Positions 53,273 through 64,000 of a DNA stretch of 64,000 nt are shown here, one piece after another. Origin of the DNA: the human T2T-CHM13v2.0 reference genome, Homo sapiens. The position numbers were made by a program, and so were the translations under genes. The stretch lies in assembly GCF_009914755.1 (NCBI RefSeq), contig NC_060939.1; one strand, 5' to 3'. The stretch's first letter is position 1. The number at the start of each line of letters is the position of its first letter. Under the pieces are notes generated by a model. That model ran no database searches. It worked only from the letters and a program-made list of their open reading frames with translations, and had not been told where the DNA came from.

Positions 53273-55362
53273 TTCTTGATCCTTTTTAAAAGAGGATACA
53301 AGCCTATGCTCCTTTCCCAGAGAAAAAATGAAGAGGCCTTTATTTCCAAGATGATTTCCCAGCAGAGGGCTGAGCTCCACAGCTGAGAATTGAGGCAGAG
53401 AATGCCCAGGGATGGCAGTGGAGGCTCTTTCTCCTCAAAATGCCCAACTCAAGTGATCTCCCTACACATTTGCCCACGAGGTTTGGCCAATACACATTTG
53501 ATGCAAGCATGTGTATAATTTCTGGTTATTAGAAACTAAACAGATTTCTTTATGCTCCAATGCAGAAGGTAAGAAGCAGAGAATATTTACCAAATAAACC
53601 ATTTCCATTTATAAAATCTGTATCCAGGCTTGAGGGCTGCAGAAACATTCTCACGAATGGCAATAGCCTTGCAGCAAGTGGTATTTATTTGCTTCCTATT
53701 GCATCAAAATTGTAGGAAAATATCCATTCTGACCACTGAAAGACCAATGCTTAGCAAATATGTATTTATGCAGTTTAACCAATAAAATGTATTTAAGTCA
53801 ATATAAAAGTGTTGTAGTTACTATTTATTGACACTCTTTTAGAACCAGGCTAGATTTAAATATCTTAGAATTCCAGATATTAGCAGTTATCGAATTCCTC
53901 ACTTCAGTATTTTGAGTGAATAGATCATTACAAACAAGATTTTAAACTTTCTTGTAAGTGAATTTAGCTGAAAATGGTAGAAATCTGAGAATCCATCATA
54001 AACTTGGGAATACTGGGCTCAGTTTTCACAAGCCATAGAGAAGATGGCCCTGGAGGCCCCGCTCTGCTTTTTGGGGGGTCCTCCCCTACTCATCTCTGTG
54101 CAGAGCCCACATTCTTCAGAGCCTTTCTAATGAAACAGGGAGGCCGTGGAGGGCCTTCAGTTTAGCTGCTGTAAAGCTTCCTATGATGTTTTTTCTAACT
54201 TTACATTAAGGACATCTGTCCTGAAAAGAGTAATATTCTTTAGCTTTTGCTTTGGGCAGAGTCATAATTTGAATGGCCTCAGGTGCCCTAAAACCAGCCA
54301 AAAGTGCTAACAAGAGTCACAGGCATTTCCTTCCTCTGGGTTGAAACAAATCAAACAGATAAAAGAATACATTCATAGCAACAAGGTTGGAGTTCACGGT
54401 GCAATTCTGCCAACTGCCTGGAACAGAACAAAGCAGAAAGGAACAGAACAGGAAGCTCCAGGGACCAGTGTTGCTGTAAAGAGAGATGGCAGGATGACCG
54501 CCAACAGCTCTTTCCCCAGTCAGTCTTCGTCTTGCTGGTATATGGTTTTGTTTTGTTTTGTTTTGTCTTTAAATTAATCAATCATGTTTATTTAAAGTTT
54601 TCTTAACATTAGACATTTTTAATGGGAGTAAAAATATTAGTGAACATTTTATTTCTTCTCTCCTATTCTAGCCACATAAGCCAGTTTAATGGATGGTACA
54701 GATTTCAGATGTAATTTGTAAAATATTCCAGGAGCTGCCTCTTGCTGGATCTGGTGTCTCAAGGTGTTGACAGAGAAGTTCTATTATGTATGTATTCTTT
54801 AGGCCAATTGTCGAATCCAAGCACTATACATGACTCAAGACAATGCTTATGATGGTTGACAACTTAAGTAAAGCATGCAATAGATAAACGCTGTGTCTGC
54901 TTCTATATCTGACCCAGGAAGTATGTAAAAGTGGTTATCTGCAGTGTATGAACACTACTAATTCAGGCAGCATCCTAAAAGGGTAATTGCAAATAGGACT
55001 GAGGTGCAGATGTGTGGATGAGTAAGAATCTTTCTGAATAATTAGATGCTGGCAAGACAAATGAAGTGAGATCACTGTGAAGAGTAAGTGTGAGTGAGCA
55101 ACGATGGTGCAGGACACAAACTATTATGGGGAGGGGTGTAACACCCCATCCCCCAGCCCAGGGCTAAACATCTTGCCACAAGCACCAGTGGAAAAAATTA
55201 AATACATATTACACAAGGTCTGCCAGCCTGTTCATCTGCCAGGAAAAGATGACTGTCTCAGTCTATTGCTACAGATTTTGACGCTCTCCCTGTAACTTAT
55301 TTTGCTTTTACCTTGGATGAAAGTGAACAAGGTTCAAACACAGAAAAAATATGGAGAAAAGC

Positions 55363-55548
55363 TAGGTTTACCAGATAAAACAGGATGTCCAATTCATCTT
55401 GAACTTCAGATGAACAACGAATATTTTAGTATAACCATGTCCCATGTAATATTTGACTCAAGCATATGTTAAACCATTATTCATTATTCATCTGAAATTC
55501 AAATTTAACTAGGCATCCCGTATTATTATCATCTTCCAGCTGGCAACT
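55363..55548. mobile_element. MER53 palindromic hAT MITE
   Basis: CCAGATAAAACAGGATGTCC..TTCAGATGAACAACGAATA..ATGTCCCATGTAATATTTG..TCTGAAATTCAAATTTAACTAGGCATCC..CTGGCAAC. The arms are reverse-complementary. Confidence 0.88.
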
Positions 55549-55791
55549 AAAAGAAGCACAAACTTGTTTGACCTTCCAAAAACCATCTTTCAGCTGGGCA
55601 CCATAGAGAATGGTGAGGCCATGTGCAGCAAATCCCCACTGATTTTTCACCGCAAATAATAAGTACAAGGCAGCCAGGGTTGGTCTTCATTGACAAGAAA
55701 TGCAAGTATGCTGTTTTATTCCCTTTCAAAATTATATATTCCACTTTGTTCTCCAAACTGCCCTATTGTTTGGACCTAAATATAGATATTT

Positions 55792-55989
55792 CACATACGC
55801 ACACACACATATACACACATACACATACATACAAACACACATACACATATATACCCACATACAAATACATAGGTATATACATGTACACACATATATATAC
55901 ATACACACATACATATATCTGTATACACATACACATGTATGCATACACACATACACATATGTAAACATACACACACAGACACACACACA
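55792..55989. repeat. Degenerate (CA/TA)n tract
   Basis: About 200 bp of CACATA-type alternating purine-pyrimidine repeats. Confidence 0.92.
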
Positions 55990-56216
55990 TGGGTTGAGTA
56001 TCCCTTATCCAAAATGGCAAAATGCTTGGGACAAGAGGTGTCTGGGATTTGGGAATATTTGCAGCATACTTACTAGATGAGGATCCCTAATCTGAAAATC
56101 TGAAATCCAAAATACCCCAATGAGCATTTCCTTTGAGTATCATGTCAGCATTCAAAAAGTTTTGGATTTTGGAACATTTCAGATTTCAGATCTTTGGATT
56201 AGGGGTGCTCAACCTG
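55990..56216. mobile_element. Tigger4a (MER46-type) TcMar MITE
   Basis: TIRs (T)GGGTTGAGTATCCCT .. AGGGGTGCTCAACCTG followed by TA. Internal CAATGAGCATTTCCTTTGAG. Confidence 0.9.
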
Positions 56217-56639
56217 TATATACACAAGTTGAGGAGACTAACTCAATATTTAAAGCATATCCCCTGTGATAACACCACCGAGAAACCAAAACTTTTTTTC
56301 CGAAACACAGCACTGTTTCATAATTCGCCTCTGATTCAAGACACATTTTCAAGCAAACTCCAAAAGTGATGTTCGGTGGTAACATTTTAAAATGCTCTCT
56401 CTAATGCAGAATTGTGGTGCAGAAGTAGTCTTTCACAATTATCCCCAGGGCAGGCCATTTTAGAATCTAAAAAAAGGGTACTTGTATAACTTAATCACTT
56501 TTCAGTTCTTCTGAAGTACTCTCCTTTTTTACTCTCTTTGCACTTTTCATGAACTTATATCACTTTAGATTCAGAAGATCTAAACAAAATTTACAGTATG
56601 GAATTTAACTCAAAATTCCTTTCTCAGAAATCCTTGCTA

Positions 56640-58470
<1,831 letters not shown>

Positions 58471-58499
58471 TTTAGCAGAGGCTAAAGGTTAGTCATCTC

Positions 58500-59110
58500 T
58501 ACCTCAACCACTAGCACTGCCATCATCCAGGGACCAAGCCAGAGACCATGGCCCTATCCTCCACATCACCCTCTACCTCTCCACATTCAATCCACCCAAA
58601 CCCACAAAGACCAGGTCTCCAAGCCAGGCCTCTCTTCCCATCTGCACCCACTGGTCTAAGCTGCCACATCTCTCTCCAGGAAGCCTGCAGAACCACCACT
58701 CCCAACTGATCTCAGGCTACCCCCACTAATAATCTTGAGGACACCCACCACTGCTCACTGATTTTGAAGATGCTACACTATTCCTAACTGATCTCAAAGA
58801 CCCCCCCCACTACTCCTAAGTGATCTTGAGGGACCCCCATTACTCCTAAGTGATCCTGAGGGACCCCCATTACTCCTAAGTGATCTTGAGGGGCCCCCAC
58901 TACTCCTGATTTTGAGGGCCCCCTACTACTAACTCATTTTGAAGGCCCCCTACTAGTCCTAACTCATTTTGAGGGTCCTCCACTACTCCTAACTGATCTT
59001 GAACCCCACCTCCTTTATAATCCACTCAACAGTCAGAGAGACCTTTGCCAAATGCATGTTGGGTCATGACTGAGCCCTTTTCCTTTGAGATCCACAAATA
59101 CCATAACAGA
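58500..59110 (+). mobile_element. L2 fragment hosting a minisatellite
   Basis: GCCACATCTCTCTCCAGGA..CTGCAG..CTCCCAACTGATCTC before the array, and CAACAGTCAGAGAGACCTTTGCCAAATGCA..GGTCATG after it. Confidence 0.6.
58696..59007. repeat. 30-bp minisatellite, about 10-11 copies
   Basis: Unit ACTCCTAAGTGATCTTGAGGGACCCCCATT, with three near-identical central units at 58812-58901. Confidence 0.92.
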
Positions 59111-60178
59111 TCCGATGGACTGGAGGACCCAGACAGATAGCTGGGTTGGGGTGGGGAGTTCATGACACTGGTGTGCTGCTCTCCCAGCCCCTGCTCCATG
59201 GCACTCCATAGGGACAGCTGGTGGGAGAACCAGCAGAGTGGCTGGCCAGGTGAGCCCTGGCCTCAGGGCCAGGTTCCTCTGGCTTGGAGCACCGTTCGAA
59301 ACACCATGCTGGGGAAAGGGGCACCCTCGTCCTGGCCAGCAGTGGCCCCAGGCTCCAGCAACTGGATTGCTTCCCACAGTGGGCAGGCGCTGGCCTCAAT
59401 ACTGGATGTCACCACTATTCAGTGACAAAGCCACAAGGCAGTGACTACTTTGGGGAACAGGACACATGCTCACATTCCCATTTCTTCTTCTGTTTGCTCG
59501 TCAGCAGGATGGTATCCATGGGGCCAGGTAAGCACCTTGAGGGCCCTTGGACCAAATAAAAGAGTGGACTGGCTGTGACCAACAGGATGAGGGCTCACAA
59601 CAATCTTATTTTAAACTCTAAAGGAAATGTAACCTAATTTGAGGTGGTAAAACAGTAGAGCCAGGCATATCCTGCCAAAGACACACCCCTTGCTGCAGCC
59701 TGTCCTGGCATCCACTCAGCACCTGCACAGAAGCACGTGTGAGAGCCCTGCTCTCCTCTTCTATAAACTTCTATGGCTCCATATTCCAGGGACATCCCGG
59801 CTCCATTGAACCAAAAAGTGGGTTGAGAAACTAACTTGTGTGTGTGAGGGGATTCGGACAAGCTCTAAGAAGGGTGTCACTGCACCATGGTCAGGTATAA
59901 ATAAGGGCATCGGTCACCATGTGCAAAGCCTCTTGGGACTAAGTTGGGATATAAACTCTTATACCAAGGCTGGGATTCTTAAAACAACATTAAACATCTT
60001 GTAATAACTTCCCTGGGAGATACTGTGGGCACTCACTTAATAGATACAAAATATAAATGATATTTTGGAAGTTGTATTATTTACTTTAAAAAAACTTTTT
60101 TTTTTGTTTATGTTATTTTGTCTTGCTAGCTCTTTAACTTGACCAGACTCTAACTACACAAAATAAAATCTCTTTTTA

Positions 60179-60613
<435 letters not shown>

Positions 60614-61939
60614 TAAAATTGAAGCTTAAAGCTCACTCTCTAAATGATAGTAGTCTATTCTATTAGAATGATGAAAGGTAACATTACACTCTAGAGGTTA
60701 TCAAGCGTCCTTTAATGTTACATATAGCATGAAGTTAACTGGACTGTTTTTCGGTCTTTTTTTCCCCCTTTAATAGACACTGGTAGTGGTGGAAAACATG
60801 CTTTTAAGGTAAATGCTCAGGTTTCAGAAAATACCACACAAGAACAGGAAATATTAAAATGGACAATAATGCCCAAATATTTCTCTTGAGGATTTAGATT
60901 TCACATTACTCAATCTAGTACATCCCATTACGAGAGTTTCCTAAAATAACTTTATAGAATTTGCTATCTACCACGGAAAAGGAATAGAATCTACTATCTA
61001 TCACTATCCATCTACTACTGAGGATACAATCTACTATGTGCCATGGCAAAGGAATACCCAAAGTCACAGGCTTGTCACAGTACCACGCTGGGAGGGCTTC
61101 TGACAGACCACAACACCCTGCTGCTGAGGAATGCCGTCACCTGTGCAATGTGGAGAACAGAAAGTTGAACCTCTGCCAAGCAACAGAAGAGCCTGTGGTC
61201 TAGGTGGACCTATTAATCATCACTATAAAATAAAGCACCACCTCCAATACATCTGCTTGGTACACAGAGGTGGGGGCTGTGGTGTGGCAGAATTGCCTGG
61301 GGTGTGTGGTCAGAAGACTCAGGCTAAGCTCCAGCCCCTTTTTCTTCGTCACAGAGTCCCTTGGCAAGGCACTCAACTTGGACTTCAACCCAGGACCAGA
61401 AGATACTGTTGGCCTCAGAGAGAGTGAGAGGTGATTCTGACAGAAGACAGAGCCTGGGTCAAACCATGAACTGCCTCGGAAATGAGGCTGCTGAATGGTG
61501 GATGTCCTCAGCGTCCAAGGCACGCTCTGAAACACAGCCCTGACGATGCAGGACACAAGGAAGCCTCGAGGACACATGCAACAAGTGGTCAGTGACAATG
61601 TGGTGGCTCTACGCTGCCTCTGCCCCTCTACATAGTCACTTCCCTTACTACCCACCGAGTCAGTGTATCAGGGACAGCATGTGCTCCGCTGGTGGATGAC
61701 ACTGGCTGAGCATAGCAAGAAAAAGTTAATGGAGTTGCACGAACAAACACTGAACTAAAACGTCTTCATTTAAATACAGAATCTGCCTCTGTCAAGACCA
61801 GTACTCCTCTCTCAGATTTCTAAGAGTAACTGCTTACTAAAATGCCACTGTATTCCTGCTTGACCCAAAATTAATCCAAAATATACTCCAGGGCAATCAG
61901 AAAACTTCATGTACTCTACCTGGAAACCTTATTCTAGCT

Positions 61940-62517
61940 TCTACCTGCTGGAAAGAGTATTTTTGGAGAGATGGAATATGTCCTATGCTGAAGACCTGCA
62001 TACCTGCCACCCAGCAATTCCACTCCTAGGTCCACCCAACAGAAATGCATCCAGATGTTTGGCAGAATATGCTTTAGAATGTCTCTCTTCCCATCTCCAC
62101 CCATGCTCTAGAATGTCCAAAGCCATACTGTTCATAATAGCCCAAACTGGCGACCACCTGCATGCCCATCAACAGTGAATGCTGTATATTTGCACTGCAC
62201 TGAGAATTAATGAGCTACAACTACACACAAGGCCCTGTATGAATCTCACACACATAATATTGAGTGAAAGGAGCAAAATGGAAAACATGCATCCTGCATG
62301 GTCCCACATACATAAAGCACAAAACAGGCAAATCTATGGTGTTAGAAGTGAGAGCAGTGGTGACCCCAGGGGGGTATGAGGGGCTCCTGCAGTGTGGGTG
62401 TGTTCTGTGTCCTGATCTAGGTGTGGATTATGAGGTGTGCTCAGTTACTTGGCTGCATTTATTAAGCTGCAAACTTCTGACGTGGCCTTTGTGCATGAGA
62501 TTCTACTGCCACAAAAA
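61940..62517 (+). mobile_element. L1ME 3' region
   Basis: ACCCAGCAATTCCACTCCTAGGT..TGTTCATAATAGCCCAAACTGG..GAATCTCACACACATAATATTGAGTGAAAG..CTATGGTGTTAGAAGTGAG. Confidence 0.85.
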
Positions 62518-64000
62518 GTGGTGCAGCCAAGGACTAAGGGAAAGAGAGGCTAGCAAGAGGGAGTGCCTCTCATGCCCTGCTCCCAGAACTTGTTTTTTCC
62601 CACCAGTTAAGCCAGCAAGAGATCAGATTTTCACAGCCGGAAGTGAAGCTGAATCCCTCTGATGGCTGGTTTCAATGGAGACTGTACTATCTACTCCAGG
62701 GAATGGGGGCTGGTGGGGGACAGAGAGGACACTGCACAGGCCAGTAATTAAGGTATGCTATTTAACAATATCACAAATGCACTCTGAATTCTGACAAGAT
62801 TCGTGACTCTCCAAATTTACTGTGACTCACCTGTGATCTCCTCAAAACTGTGACAAAACCCTGACCTACTTAGGGCTGGGAAAGTGCCTGTAAATCACAT
62901 CGCTGCCTCCCTATTTAAAGCATGTCTCTCATGACTTAAGCCATAGTAGAACAGAAGAAAATCCCAAATCCACTGTTGGGCCCAGAATTCCAAAAGATGG
63001 GCTTATATTTGCTACCTGCTCCAAAAACCCCAAATGCCAGTGTGACATGCATCCTAATTAATGCTCTCGGTTCCAGGAAGCCAAGGGCTGAGGGAATGGA
63101 CGAGAAACTGCTGTGCACAAGCCTCCTAGAAGCACTGCTCCCTTCCTGCACACATCCAGGCTCACACCACTGCTATGCAGACCCTAGTCCCCATCCCACA
63201 ATAGAAATGAGAAGGAGGACAGCCAGGCCTGGCTGCCCTTGTGCTCTGTCCTCACAGCATATGTGAGGAGTCGGGAAGTCTATCCCACTGGATTGCTTTC
63301 CTGAGGTCCAAGGGGCAAAATTCCCTAGGAAGGTGGCCTGGACGCTGGGAACAGTTACCTCCCCAACTTCTGGGGGAATTTCTCTTAGAAGGTTTAGTCT
63401 TCCCAGTGACAAGACATTTTTTTTTTCTGATCATAGCATTATAACTCAAGACAATTTTTAAAATATTTTTTCTCCAAAAAAAAAAAAAAAAAACCCCAAC
63501 CATTAAGCCTTAACACAGTCAGTCTTCTTGAAAACATGTTCTGGCAGTGATCCTTATTTCTTTTGACAGTGATTTTTCCACACCTATGCTACTTTTCCAG
63601 CTCTTCCTTTAAAAATGTATCATTTTGAAATGACAATCTGTACAATTTCCATTTAACACAATTACAGCAGCCTTCTAGGCCCTGGCACAGAAGCAAGGCA
63701 ATGTCCACAGCTTCTGCAAACATCTGTAACAACATCACAGATGAGCCCTTGCTTGGCAGAACCCCTGCTGAGCTGGGTGACAATAAACAAACCCTGGCTG
63801 TGTCACAGTCATTGTTTTTGGCCTGTTTTGTTTTTTGTTTCATTTTTTCTGCTACGCCTAACTCAAACTTAACAGGTTAAGGACTAGCAGGGCCACCTGC
63901 ATCACATAATGATATGATGTCCAGGAGCATATGTCTGTTCCCTGTGGGCAGGTTCCAAGCCCTGCACCAAAGCACTCTTTGATGGTCCCCGATACACTGG

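Noticed and set aside
58696-59007. CRISPR-like array of 30-bp repeats
   Set aside because: Tandem minisatellite without spacers.

Overview
This is 64 kb of simian-primate (human-like) nuclear DNA that reads as intronic or intergenic. I found no intact protein-coding gene, tRNA, rRNA or CRISPR array. The ORF-track entries are chance ORFs or translations of repeats. The window is dominated by interspersed repeats: 9 Alus, about 13 ERVL/MaLR LTR elements (including a full-length THE1), old L1M, L2 and MIR pieces, and DNA transposons (Charlie1a, MER5A, MER53, Tigger4a). It also has several micro- and minisatellites. The one gene-derived sequence is a decayed, intronless KRAB-C2H2 zinc-finger retrocopy at about 7.18-8.10 kb. 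The most unusual features are: (i) an AluSp with textbook 5'-inversion (twin-priming) geometry and an intact TSD; (ii) a 77-bp patch apparently stitched from two nearby donor sequences; (iii) a 30-bp minisatellite arising inside an L2; (iv) a THE1 whose 5' LTR alone retains a DUX4-type motif; (v) a candidate minus-strand first exon plus 10-nt ATG microexon near 32 kb. I see no convincing evidence of a new multi-component biological system. Repeat subfamily calls come from remembered consensus motifs, not from a database search. Boundaries without a TSD are approximate. The locus and any host gene could not be identified.
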